This document shows positions 1 to 12,243 of a stretch of 64,000 nt of DNA, piece after piece. The translations under genes were made by a program, and so were the position numbers. The stretch's first letter is position 1. The number at the start of each line of letters is the position of its first letter. The DNA is taken from positions 1,736,001-1,800,000 of the forward strand of contig JBHGNT010000021.1 of the NCBI GenBank assembly GCA_043228905.1. Direction: 5' to 3'. The notes under the pieces are model-generated. The model saw only the letters and a program-made list of their open reading frames with translations, was not told the DNA's origin and made no database searches. This DNA is from Azolla caroliniana (lineage: Eukaryota > Plantae > Polypodiophyta).

Positions 1-900
1 ATGTCCAAAATTTTCTGCCTTGCCCATCAACTGCTCTTTGCAAAATAATGGCTTATCTTGTTTTTTCTGTAGCTATCCAGCATTATGGGATCCCTGCTTT
101 TAAAGATTCGTGCAAGAGTGTGTTCAATCCAGGTAGTCAGGAATCCCTTCTATACAATTCTATTAAACCTGTGCACTGGAAGTGCAACAAAAAAAGAAGC
201 ATTTGCTTATCCCATTCTGGAGTCTTTTGATCACATTAATTACTTGACTTACTGAAAAATGTAAACCAAATTTGTCTGGCCTGTGGATATGGAAGAGGGG
301 TTGTTCTGGTATATTATACAGACTTTTTGCATGCATAGGCCAAACCTCTATTGAAATAATTGGTAATGTAGATTGTTTTGCATGAAACGTCTTCCAAGCC
401 CTCTTGCTGTCTTGACTCAAACACATATGAGAAATCTGTGCTTCCACCTCATCAATTCTCACATATTTTAAGGCATGGAGATATTTAATAAGAGCTGACC
501 CTTCTGTAAGGAAAGACATAGCTGGGTGATGTGGAGTATTTCTGAAGGACCATTCGTGATTTCTTCCACTGTGTAAGGGATCCAGTGTGAATATATTTTC
601 GTGAATTGTTGAAACTGTATACTCAACTCATATCCTAGAGAAATTTGATGTTTAGGGTATCTGGGTTCACATTGTCCCATGCGACAGTGAATTTCAAATA
701 TGCACGATCAGCAGTTATACTATTTTGCTTCCTAGAGTGATGATTTTTTTGGCTTCTGGTATTAATGGTGGGGAACAAAATGCTGCTTCATAAGTCCTAA
801 TCAAATCCCTAATCTTGAAAATTAAAGAGACAAATATGGTATTAAGGAATATATTTTTGACCAAGCATATCAAAATAGTTCTGAAAAATGTCAAATGCAC
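1..900 (-). mobile_element. Degenerate LINE (non-LTR retrotransposon) ORF2 fragment, probably within an intron of the SKIP16-like gene
   Basis: The minus-strand translation near 20-150 reads GFLTTWIEHTLARIFKSRDPIMLDSYRKNKISHYFAK, resembling the LINE RT N-terminal 'W..s.i.PIfK.gd.....nYR.I' motif. ORF 163-519 (VINVIKRLQNG) resembles the pre-RT segment. Stops and frameshifts are present and the boundaries are approximate. Confidence 0.6.
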
Positions 901-1101
901 ACTTTTCTAATATCTGGAAAGAATCAGAAGTATAAATCTTTGTAATAATTTTGTCTATATAAAATATTAGAAAATACTCTAGGAGTGGGAACGAGTGACA
1001 TTATATTTAGGATAAAATGCCAATGTATTAGAAAATATTTAATAGTATGGCCATAAAATCCTTTTCTCTGGATTTCCAATGTCTTATTCCTCTTCTTGAA
1101 G

Positions 1102-2053
1102 GTACGAAGTTCTGCAGTCTTTGTGCCTGAAACATCAACATTGGTCACGGAGAGGAGCCATGATAATCTTTGTTTCACCTACCAAATACGAATCCGTCTT
1201 CTTCCCTCGGGAGATGGTCCACACGCTCACTCTTTCCGAACTTGTCAGCTCTCACAACGCTATTGGGTAATCCTTGAAAATGGCATTTTCAAAGATGAAG
1301 TGCGGGGAGCTGCTGTCATTGGTCAGGTAAACCATTGTTTTTGAAGTGGTTGTATATATTTTACTTCTTATTCGAGTTGGATATAAACACATTATATTCG
1401 AACAATATATATACATATATGGGGAAAACTCTGAATATTCTTGAATTTTGCTTTATTTCTCGATATGCCCCTAGTTTTTTGTTATTTCCCATATGCAGTC
1501 AATCAACCACCCAGACATCAATTTAATTGTCAATTCATTCCCCTTTTCCCATTTACATGTGCTATTCAAGCAATCATATGGTCAATCCATCCCCTTTTTC
1601 TTTCTTTCGTGTGTTTGTGGAAATAATGGAAACTTGAGCATCTTGAAGTAATGATGAAAAACGCAGGCATGGAGTTATTCCATCTATATATGTAATAATG
1701 TATGTATCTCTGAATCTTGTGATGTTGCAGTATCCATTGCTAGAAACAGATGGCAAGGAGTTCATGTATGCTAGTTGCAGTTCACTTGGTACACGGAAAG
1801 GTGCAATGCATGGCAACTTCACATTTGTTCCGGGGAGGTATTAAAATGATTTGCTTGCTTTCACTATACAAGTTATTTTTTGAGCTCATACATTCTGGCG
1901 TTGTTGATTAAGTATAACTGTATAAGAAATGGCATGAAATGTAAATCCTAATTGATAACGTTCTTTTTTTCCAGCTTGAGTCGCCCGGAGGGCCCAGCAT
2001 TCTTGGCCACAGTGGCCAAATTCCCTTTAGAGGTTCCAGACTTCATATTTTGA
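1102..2053 (+). CDS. SKIP16: 3' part (last three coding exons) of F-box protein SKIP16-like, C-terminal ApaG domain; upstream exons lie before the window
   Basis: Exons 1102-1326, 1731-1837 and 1975-2053 join in frame through GT-AG introns. Translation: VRSSAVFVPE...FTYQIRIRLLP...CQLSQRYWVI...EVRGAAVIGQ|YPLLETDGKEFMYASCSSL...MHGNFTFVPG|SLSRPEGPAFLATVAKFPLEVPDFIF*. This shows ApaG motifs (QL..R.W.I, G..VIG.YP.L, Y.SC, M.G.F.F) and the SKIP16-type FPLE.PD.IF terminus. Confidence 0.88.
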
Positions 2054-2779
2054 CAAAGTGAAACAATCTTCAGTGTACTGATGAAACATTATCCTTGTAT
2101 ATTTCCCTCACCCTCTTGGATGATTTTAATGCCATCTAATATTAATGAATCTTAGAGTGATTTATGTATGAAACGTGTTGCCTCGACGCTTTTCCCAAGT
2201 TGTGATACATTGGCATTGCATAAAAGCCTCATTCATCAAGGAATCTATTGATGCATCATGAAGCACATCTGATGCGTCCCATTTTCAAGACCATTTCTTC
2301 GCATCTTGCATCCACCTAGGGTCCAAACTTTTGCTTTTGTGTTTCATTTGAACTTCTTTCCTTGCTTATGTAATCCACAAAAATCCATTATGAGATATTT
2401 GAAAAATTTCATAAGAAAGTGTTTTTATCAATGTATAGTGAGCCCTCTTTCTTGCATTAGAGAAGCACTAGTGTTACCAATGTGTGTCTTAAGAACCTAA
2501 CATTTAATTTTTCTAAGTAGACCTAGGGATGCTATTGCCTCTACTTCAACCCCATAGAGAAGCACTAGTGTTATCAATGTGTGTCTTAAGAACCTAACAT
2601 TTAATTTTTCCAATATATAGTGAGCCCTCTTTCTTGTATTTGAGTTGTGAGAAGCACATTAAGATCATTAACCCTCTTTCTTGCTTCTAAGTGGTGAGTA
2701 TCAAATTAAGTCCATTGATGATTGATTGGAGGGAACCTCCCAAGAGACTTTAGAGGGTTTAAGTGGCTCATTATTGTAC

Positions 2780-3300
2780 ACAATGTATGATTCATCCTCA
2801 TTTTGAGGCTTCACAAGGATAACCTTAGTTTAGGAGCTATTAACACAACTTGCAATGTACACAAGAGTTTTCCAATGCATCATCATAAGTGTTAGCAAAA
2901 TGCACTACATGATCCACATAATACAAAAGCACAGTAACGACATCCCAATGGGAACTTCTCTAGACTCCAATGTCTTCTCGTGTTTCAAACTTGTAGACTA
3001 TTTGTTCCGATTCATCAATGAATAAACCAAAGAGAGTAGGTAAGAGTGGGCTTTCTTGCTTAACACCAATATTGATCATGAACTTATTTGAAATGGCATA
3101 TTACCTTCTCATAGATTCAAGAAATTGCAAGCATATTAACTTGGTATCTTGGTTAATCCAAGTGTCTCCAAGGATGCTCATGATTCACCATATAAAAAGC
3201 TTTCTTCTTGATACTTCGATTTTCTTCTTGTCATCAACAAAGAAACACCATTATCTCCCATTGTCACAAGTGCTTCCCTCTATCCAGAGATATTTCCATT
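2780..3300 (-). mobile_element. Degenerate LINE reverse-transcriptase fragment
   Basis: The minus strand reads ...NKFMINIGVKQESPLLPTLFGLFIDE... (cf. GVKQGCPLSPTLF) and ...VLLYYVDHVVHFANT... (decayed LLYADD). The fragment is frameshifted. Confidence 0.7.
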
Positions 3301-3401
3301 CTTGATCAACCTACATTAGAGATATTTAGAAGACAAAAATGTACAATATATTTTGATACAATTCTTTAGTCATGTCTTGATTTTATTTCTATTTACTTTT
3401 G

Positions 3402-3911
3402 TACTTGCAATTTTTATTTTAGTTCAACATGAGACAACATTTTAAGATGTAGTCTCTTCTTTGGTCTTAAAATACGTTAATATATATTTCTTTCTCCCCT
3501 TTAACCTAAGTTTGAGCTCTCTCCCTCGCCCTTTAGTATATACTTGTCATGAATTGAGTGACTAGGGTTAAGTGTTATTGAGCCAAACCTTAATCACTCC
3601 TCCTTTTGTATGTGTTATATGGACTCCCCTATTTAATTGAGTTGTAGTTAGTACTACTACTTGCAATTTTTATTTTAGTTCAATGTGAGACAACATTTTA
3701 AGATGTAGTCTCTTCTTTGGTCTTAAAATACGTTAATATATATTTCTTTCTCCCCTTTAACCTAAGTTTGAGCTCTCTCCCTCGTCCTTTAGTATATACT
3801 TGTCATGAATTGAGTGACTAGGGTTAAGTGTTATTGAGCCAAACCTTAATCACTCCTCCTTTTGTATGTGTTATATGGACTCCCCTATTTAATTGAGTTG
3901 TAGTTAGTACT
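3402..3911. repeat. Near-perfect tandem duplication, ~256-bp unit x2
   Basis: TACTTGCAATTTTTATTTTAGTTCAA... starts at 3402 and again at 3658, and the copies continue almost identically to ...GAGTTGTAGTTAGTAC. Confidence 0.92.
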
Positions 3912-4379
3912 TAACATCTTAATTAGAGTTGTCTTAAGGAAGTGTGAGCGAGAGTTCATGAGATTGGGGTTTGTGAGATTAGAGACTCAAGAGAGATTGA
4001 CAAACGTTCTTTCTTGTTCACTACTAGCATGGTGTATGATGGTCCAAACCCCTCGACCAATAGTATAGACGTGGAGATACAACTCCCACAGTACAAAGGC
4101 ACACACTTGACATGAACACCAAGATCCGACACATTCATGATGGACCCTCCTTGCCAACAAACCTCTTTCTGACCCTTGGCTCAATGCCAAGCCTAACATT
4201 CAAACTTAAAAAACAAAATTCTTGATCTTTTCCCTTTCCCTCCAATTTGATCGACTCATTTATGTCAAATCTCACATTCTATGAGAGAGAGAGTAGAAAT
4301 TTTATGGTCCATGATGAAAGCCAAATCAACATATCATCTTGTATTTGATTCCTTCCTAAGAAATGGAATTAGTACTCTA

Positions 4380-5390
4380 TAGCGAAAACTCTCGATGTGA
4401 AAATAATGCACGCATATATGTGCTCACCCTTCTCAATGGGAATTTGAGTATGACACTCACATTATCTTGCATGTTTAAGAAGTCATCATATGAATCATGA
4501 ATTGTCTTATATGTGAATCATGAATTGTCTTATACGTAGAGCGTGCAATAAGTAAGTGATATTCATTCTCCACTAGGTTTTCATTGCATACCTTGCATGT
4601 TTTCATGTTTGCATGATGATGCCATGATGCTACCTCGACACCTAACTTGTGTGAGGGAGTTCAAAGAAGTGTTTAAGGCTATTCGAGAGCCAAGGCTCAT
4701 ATGGGTAGTGAGATGCGATTGGATACGTTCTAACATTTTTTTCTTGTATTGGGCGAATATTGGGGGTTAATATTTGCAATGTATTATTCCAATTTGGGCA
4801 TTTTAGCATCTTGCCACTTCATCCTTAGTGCCACTAATAATCTATCCCCAGTGATCATATACTTCATACCATCACTTGAGCGATCCAATAGATCTTTTAC
4901 TCCTCATCCCTTAAAACCATTTCATAATGTCAAGCAACAACCAAATGAGAGGATTTTGCTCTTATGAGTTTTTTGTGCCTTGCATCTTAAGTTCCAAGCT
5001 CGTTTGGGCAATCTATGATCAATCATATTTTTTAGTTTTGTGATATACTCGTATGCTCTTTTCATGGCTAGTACCTCTATGGGTTAAGCACCTATTTCTA
5101 ATAACATGATAGGATAGGATGGTTAGGATTTAGCCCCAATTGTCTATGTAAGAATATTTTTTGGATTTTGTCTATTTCATTCCATGCACTAACTGAGATC
5201 GTGTCAGCCCCACACTTCCAGTCCATAAAGCAACACTTTGACCCACCATAACATTTAATAACATTGATCTAACTTCCCATCCTTGAGTCACTTTGGTTCC
5301 ATTGATTCTTGAACATATAATAACTATTCCAACCTGCTTGAAGTCCAGACTCATAGCATGCATCTCACCTATTTGTTGATGGAACATTAA
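4380..5390 (-). mobile_element. Degenerate LINE 3' fragment (post-RT C-terminal region), same family as 36830-37690
   Basis: Clear nucleotide similarity to 36830-37690 (e.g. shared CTTAGCATCTTGCCACTT-like, GAGCCAAG.CTCAT and GAATTTGAGTATGAC-like blocks). The minus translation includes LEIGA*PIEVLAMKRAYEYITKLKNMIDHRLPKRAW and TQGWEVRSMLLN. Confidence 0.7.
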
Positions 5391-5396
5391 TACATT

Positions 5397-5510
5397 CATA
5401 TACATACATACATACATACATACATACATACATACATACATACATACATACATACATACATACATACATACATACATACATACATACATACATACATACA
5501 TACATACATA
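5397..5510. repeat. (TACA)n microsatellite
   Basis: Perfect TACA run over ~110 bp; it produces the spurious MYVC/HTYI ORFs. Confidence 0.97.
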
Positions 5511-5939
5511 GAGAGTGAGCGTGTCACTAAGAAGAGAGAGTTATACTTGAAAACAATAATATTATGTAGATGCCCAACCCAAGGATACAATAGAGTGAAG
5601 ATGTTCCAAAAGCACATACTCAAAGCCTTCCCAATGTTTGTAAGTGGAGGTAAAATTTGTTTTGTATGCAAGTTGTCGACATTTGAATCACAATTCTCTC
5701 TTACAAATTGTATGTTGGGAAAGCTATGGCTTCAAAAGCAATGCATTTATGCAAGTCTTTGAATATAGGAAGGTTTCTCTATAGCCACTTTTCATAATAT
5801 TTTGATAACAACCACAGACAACTCTTTGCTTGATTACATCCGTAATTGAAGTGATGGAATTTTTAGTGTTCACCAATACATATCTTGGAAGTATGTTTGG
5901 TGTGCAAAAATCGGATCTTTCTCAAACTTCAAATATCAC

Positions 5940-6152
5940 ATCATCATTCTTCTTCCATAATCTACGTGGGGTCCTCATAGCTACCGTCAATGAAACAACA
6001 TAATCATTCCTCTTCCATAATCTATGAGACAGGTTCTCGTAGTTACTATACACAAGACAACATTATCATTCTTCTTCCATAATCATCATAGCTACGCCGA
6101 CTTCTAGAAGTTACTGCCCACAAGACACCGTCATCGTTCTTCTTCCATAATC
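5940..6152. repeat. Degenerate 60-70-bp tandem repeat with core ATCATTCTTCTTCCATAATC (4 copies)
   Basis: The core is seen at about 5943, 6003, 6065 and 6133. Confidence 0.8.
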
Positions 6153-6337
6153 TTTGGTAAGGTTCTATCAACCAAAGCTTGCGAGCGTGTGGAATGCGGG
6201 CGATCGGATAAGAAAAGGAGGAGCTCGGCACGAGATGGATGAGAGCCGACTGGTACTCGGGTGCAGGAGGTGGGCTGGCTATATACATATTCCCATGGAT
6301 AGATAGATAATTTGAGCGTCCATAGAGAGAGGCCATA

Positions 6338-6380
6338 GAGAAGAAGAAGAAGAAGAAGAAGAAGAAGCAGAAGAAGAAGA
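6338..6380. repeat. (GAA)n microsatellite
   Basis: Visible GAA run with one interruption. Confidence 0.9.
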
Positions 6381-6604
6381 GAACATCATCACCACCATCA
6401 TCATCATCAATAACAAAAGCTTTAAGGAAGGGGAAAACCTTGTATTAATGAGTAATTAGTGATTAGTCAGTAGTAATTAGTAATAATCAATAATTAATTA
6501 TCATCATTAGCAATTATTATTTAGGCCAGAGTGTGTGTGTGTGTGTGTTTGAGAGACAAGAAGAAGGAGAAAAGCGAGAGGTGGGTTTTACTCTGTTTCC
6601 TCTG

Positions 6605-6730
6605 TTCTCTCTGTCTCTGTCTCTGTCTCTGTCTCTGTCTCTGTGTCTATCTCTGACAGTAATCCATCGACAGTCGATCCTCCCTTCCATCCATCCGTCT
6701 ATCCATCCATCCATCCGTCCGTCCGTCCGT
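6605..6730. repeat. Pyrimidine-rich microsatellites (TCTCTG)n and (CCAT)n/(CCGT)n in the probable DSK2 5' UTR
   Basis: Simple repeats lie directly upstream of the ATG at 6812. Confidence 0.85.
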
Positions 6731-6811
6731 CTCACCCACCTCCCCTTTTCTCTGACAGAATCAGGAAAAAGGGAACAGAGCAGGAAGTAGCGCGCGGCTC
6801 CCTTGCTCACC

Positions 6812-9800
6812 ATGGCAGACGAAGAAGGCAGTAGCCCTTGTACCGTGCATATCCGATGTACCAACGGAAGCAAATTCTCTGTTCAGGCCAACGTCGCTCG
6901 TACCACCGTCGCCTCCTTCAAAACCCTCCTCGTTGAAGGATCAGGTGTGGCGGCAGACCAACAGCGACTCATCTACAAAGGTCGTGTCCTACGAGATGAC
7001 TCTACCCTCGAAAGCTATGGTAAGTTATGTGTGCATGTATATGTCCTTGTTTTTCAGATCTTTGTACTTATTTACAGAAACCCTAAAATTTGTCTTCTTT
7101 TTTGACTTTGTTGGAAAGGACTTTAATCATTTGGGTTTGGATTCTGTGGAAGTGATTATTGATTATCAGATGATAAATGCACAAAGTGTAGTCTCCGTTT
7201 TTTGGAAAGAAATTTCCCTAAGTTTTGTCTTCCCTTGGACTTTGTTGGAAAGGTTTTTAATCATTTGGTATTTGGATTCTGTGGAAGTGATTATGATTAT
7301 TTGATGATAAATGCACAAACTGTAGCTTCTTTTTTGTTGTTGAGTAAAAATACTGTTTTCTATATTGTCTGCTTGAAGTCAAGCTCTTTGGTGTATTCAG
7401 CGATTACAATTGATCCCATCAGACTTGGCTCATAACCATAGGTTGAAGAAAACCCACGATGTCAAAAGCTCTCTGTTGTTTTGCTTTTCTGTAAAAATAT
7501 GTATCCAACCTGGGAATCAATAAAACCAAATTTTATTTAGGCATGATGCTAATGATTCTTTGTCAGGATGGTGGTTTTATAATGATCACAAGTTGAAAAT
7601 TTTCTTGCTTTTCTCTTGAAAAGAAGGTTATTTCATATGTTTACCCTCAGTACGTTCCTGTTTATGTCTTATGTCTTAAATTATGATACTTGTGGCTAGG
7701 GGAGTAGATAAAAAACTCTTTTTTTAAGACATTTGATCCCATCAAGTACATCCAAGTACTTTTGCCATTTCTGAGCAATATTAACTCTCATAGGGCTTTT
7801 TTCTTCTTAAGGAAAGAATATTATCTTGATTTTATCTTCCCTTTACTGTTTGTCTCGTATTAGTTGACTTCATTCCTTTTTAATATGCTCCTAGTTGTTT
7901 TTCAGTGTTCTCTTACAATCCATTGCTATGGAAGTGCTTGTTGCCTCGTTTGATAGGAGAATTAATAACCACATGAGGTAGATCCTAGGTGATACTTGTG
8001 GCTTGGAATTTTTTTCCTGTTACCTATTTGGGCATTTAATGCATCTGAATTCCATCAATCTAGTCAATACGATTAGATGAATAAAGCATTATGATATATT
8101 TTCTGGCAGAACTTTCTTTATATGTGAAGTCTCTATGATGTTTGCTCCAATAATCTCTTGCACAGTGACCCGTTTTGTGACAGCTCTATATTTAGTGCCG
8201 GTTTTAGACAATGAGTCTCTACCTTGTCCATTTTAGCTTCCAAATCTGCAGGATTGCATGAGAGTTTTTCCCTTGAATAGATAGAGGGCCTCTTGAAAGA
8301 GTATCCCGAAACATTTATTACTAATTCATGTAACATGGTAATCAATGCAGGAGTACAAGATGGCCACACCATCCATTTGGTGCGAGCAGCTCCTTCATCT
8401 GCAGTGGCATCAGTTGCAGCAGCAAGTGGTGCTCCGACAAATACATCAGTTTCCACTCCCTCTACCACCACTCCACCTGTTGGGCTCAATGGGTTCGGCA
8501 CCCCTGATCTGTTTGGAATTGGTAACTTGGGTGGTGGTGTAGGATTGGGTTTTCCAGAGTTTCAACAAGTCCAACAGCAATTGATGCAAAATCCAAATCT
8601 TATGCGTGATATGATGAACATGCCAGCTGTCCAAAGCCTAATAAACAACCCTGAAATGATGCGGAACTTGATATTGAACAACCCCCAGATGAGGAGCCTC
8701 ATTGATAGGAACCCTGAGCTTGGCCACATTCTCAATGACCCGAGCACTTTGCGGCAAACCCTGGATGCAGCAAGGAATCCTGAGCTCATGCGAGAAATGA
8801 TGAGGAATACGGATCGAGCAATGAGTAATATCGAAGCATCACCAGAGGGCTTCAACATGCTTCGCCGCATGTATGAAACTGTGGAGGAACCTTTCCTAAA
8901 TGCCGCAACAGGTGCCGATGGAGGAACCGATGCAGGAGCTAACAATCCATTTGCAGCTTTATTGGGGACGCATGGACAAACTCAGCCGACTAATACAGGA
9001 GGACCAGTAGCTGAGGCCATTGCACCAAATACCGCACCGCTTCCAAATCCTTGGAATCCTAACCGTAAGTTTCGCTTTTCTTTAGTGTTTTTGCAAATGT
9101 ACAAGTAACAAGGTCACATGTGTAATAAGTTGAATCAATTTGCTCTTGATTCCTGGTGGTAAGTAGCAAAGTTCACATGTGTTGTTTATGTTCTTTAGTC
9201 ATTGTGCAAATGTACGCCTAACAAAGTTGACATGTGTCATAACTGGAATCAATGATTGTAGAGAATGCAGCCAATGCTGGTGGGCCTGGACAAATAGGCA
9301 TGGGAACCCGTGCAAATACTATGGGATTGGGAAGTAATATGGGTTTGGGCTTTCGCCTTCCGGATCTTGGGGACACAGGTGGAATGGGTTTGATGGATCC
9401 TGCCACCATGCAACAAATGCTCCAGAATCCCGCCATTCTTCAAATGATGCAAAATCTTTTGGCTGATCCTCAGTATATGAATCAGGTAAACACTGGGTTT
9501 TTTATATTTTCAACAAATTTTATTCAGTCTTGTAGATAGTATTTGAATTATCTGTCTTTGATTTCTTTGACTGTAGGTAGCAAACATGATGCCACATTTG
9601 GCAAATCCACAATTCAGAGAAATGATGCAGAACCCTGAATTTTTGAGACAAATTAGTAGTCCTGAAGTTCTTCAGGTAATTGCAGAATCTGTTGCAGATA
9701 TGCTCTTATTGATTTGATTAAAAAAAAGTTAGAAAAACTTATCATACATCTGAAGTTTTCTCTCTATATTTTGTAGCAAATGCTCTCCTTACAAGCTGGC

Positions 9801-10295
9801 CAACAAGCAATTCAGTAAGTTTTCAGATCATGGATTTCAAATTGTACTTTAGATAATCTGGTTGTTATATATGAAGTGTTTGGAGAGGTACATATAATTC
9901 ATAAATATTTTCTTCATTTTTTTTCAATAACATTGCATGTTATTCAGAAATCCGACAGCAAACGGTGCAACGGCAGGAACCCCTAGACCTTTTGACATGA
10001 ATTCATTGCTTGGTTTGTTTGGAACACTGGGTGGAGGTGTAGGTGCACCTGAAGGTGAATTTTGAAATCTTAAGTCTTTCTTTGACGAGTTTCTTTTAGT
10101 AAATGTTTATTTCATTCATATGTTGTGTTTTAATCTCTCCTTGCAGTTAATAATGTTGCACCTGAACAACTTTATGCTTCTCAATTGTCACAACTGCAAG
10201 ATATGGGATTTATTGATAATGAAGCTAACATTCGTGCCTTGAGAGCAACCGGTGGGAATGTCCATGCGGCAGTGGAGCGGCTTCTTGGAGGCTAA
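6812..10295 (+). CDS. DSK2: Ubiquilin / ubiquitin receptor DSK2 (UBL - STI1 repeats - UBA)
   Basis: Exons 6812-7019, 8351-9064, 9262 (or 9271)-9485, 9577-9675, 9777-9814, 9948-10054 and 10147-10295 join in frame through GT-AG introns. Domains: UBL ([21 protein letters not shown]|[11 protein letters not shown]), STI1 region ([33 protein letters not shown]; [10 protein letters not shown]) and UBA ([44 protein letters not shown]). Confidence 0.95.
7104..7325. repeat. Imperfect direct repeat (~134-bp spacing) in DSK2 intron 1
   Basis: GACTTTGTTGGAAAGG...GGATTCTGTGGAAGTGATTAT...GATGATAAATGCACAAA occurs at ~7104 and ~7238. Confidence 0.85.
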
Positions 10296-12243
10296 TTACA
10301 TTTTTGGACAACAGTTGCGTTGGGTTCCTAAATCCAATGTGTTTTTATATGATGTCGATGAGAGTCACTATATCTCTACTCACTTTAGTTCTTAATCCAT
10401 GCTTGCTATATATACATAACTTTGATGAATGTTATATGGAGACTTGTGAGTCCAGATTATATCATGTTGGATTCCATTCTGGCTTGTCGTCGACATAGAA
10501 ACAGGGATTGTTCCGTGGCATGTGAATTATTTCTGGTTCTCTCTTTTGGATTGTAGAAGTGACGATGATCAGATTGTTCAACACACTAGACATGATTTTT
10601 TTTCTTTATCCTACAGCTTTTTGATTTAAAAGGCTTGAGGAATAACTCTTGTTGAAAATATATAATGCCAATGTGTTTAAAGTTGCACTTGAGAATTTTA
10701 GAGACAATGTAGTATGTTCAATTCTCTTACAGTTTGTTGCATTCCAAATAATTAACCTTCTGATATATATAGAGTTTCAGTGACCTCATCTTTTAACCTG
10801 ATTGATCACAGGTTTTCCGTTCGTGAAAGAGAGTTCTAGCATTAAAATGAAGCTACAAATTCTCTGGGAAGAGTTCTAGCATTAGCATTAAGCTACAAAT
10901 ACTGAGATATCGCATGTATGTTTGTACTCATCTTTAACTGCATATAATTCCACGGGCAACTATTTTTGTAAAATAAATTATCATGTTTATATATCTCAAT
11001 GTGGGAAAATATGACAACTTAGGAAGGGGAGAATTAATTTGATTATATATGAACATGATTAACACAAATGTGGACTCAACATTCATGGGATAGTCCTCAA
11101 AAGTTACTGACCCCACCTCTATCTACATATTACATATTAAAAGAAAAGGTAGATTACTTAATCACATAATGGGGAGATCCTTGCAAGCTTGACAATGATA
11201 ATTAATGTGTTTTTATCAAACTTGACAACACAATGATAATGACAATGACAAATAAAGTTGCAGTAAGCATCCTCAAACTAGAGTGATAGTGATCAACTCC
11301 CAAGATAACACAAGCCAGAAAGTATTGAGTATTATTTTCATCTTTGCATGAGAACACCTGGCATCAGCAATGTATCTACATCAAGGTTATACTCAAAGGT
11401 CAAAATTCTACCAGCAAGAGAATTCAGCAGCTAAATTGATACATGCATGTGCAACCCTTTAGGGTTAGAGTTCAACCATTCAGAAGTGAATTATGCGACC
11501 GAAAGCTAAATACCGAGGAGACGTGGGTTACCATACTCACTTGCCTGAGCTCCCTGAAAAGGATCACTTGGGAGAAAAGTGAAGAACTCAAGGATAGGAG
11601 ATGTGTAAGACCATCTTGGAGATGAATGAAAGCAGATAATAGTGATCATTGGGAGGAATTGGAAGCTTGTCTCGAGTTACATTGAGCACAATAATGCAAT
11701 GGAGATCGAGGATTTGGGATGGGTTAACATCACCAATCTTCTCCGTTTCATTTTTATCTAGGGTTTGTTAAATTTCATTTCCCGAACACATAGGACAAGA
11801 AGCTATAAGACGCATTTTGTTATCTGGCCTCATTAGATAATGTACTTATTCTCCCCCAGTTTCAAGAATCATCACCGATTATGAATGAAGATAATTCTGT
11901 AAAAGTATCAAATGACCATTTATTTATTGCATTTTACAATTAAGGTGTACTACTAATCACTACATGTGAATGAATGGCAAAGAATGCATTACAAGTGATA
12001 AAGCATCAATTTGCCTTTACAATGTACACAAATGCATACATTATGGCAGCTTTAAACACAAAAAGTTTTAGTCATGGAGTAGAAGAACAGAGTGTATGAG
12101 TAATAATTAGTTATTTCCAATAAAAAAGATGTGTCATTTTCATCGACTTCATGAGCAATAAATATTACATAGTACAAATATTCAAAAGCTCTAGAAAAAA
12201 GAAAAAAAAAACAGGACTTTGCAAAAGAACAAAGGAAAAAAGG

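Noticed and set aside
5172-5671. ORFs with (MYVC)n
   Set aside because: These are translations of the (TACA)n microsatellite joined to a LINE fragment.
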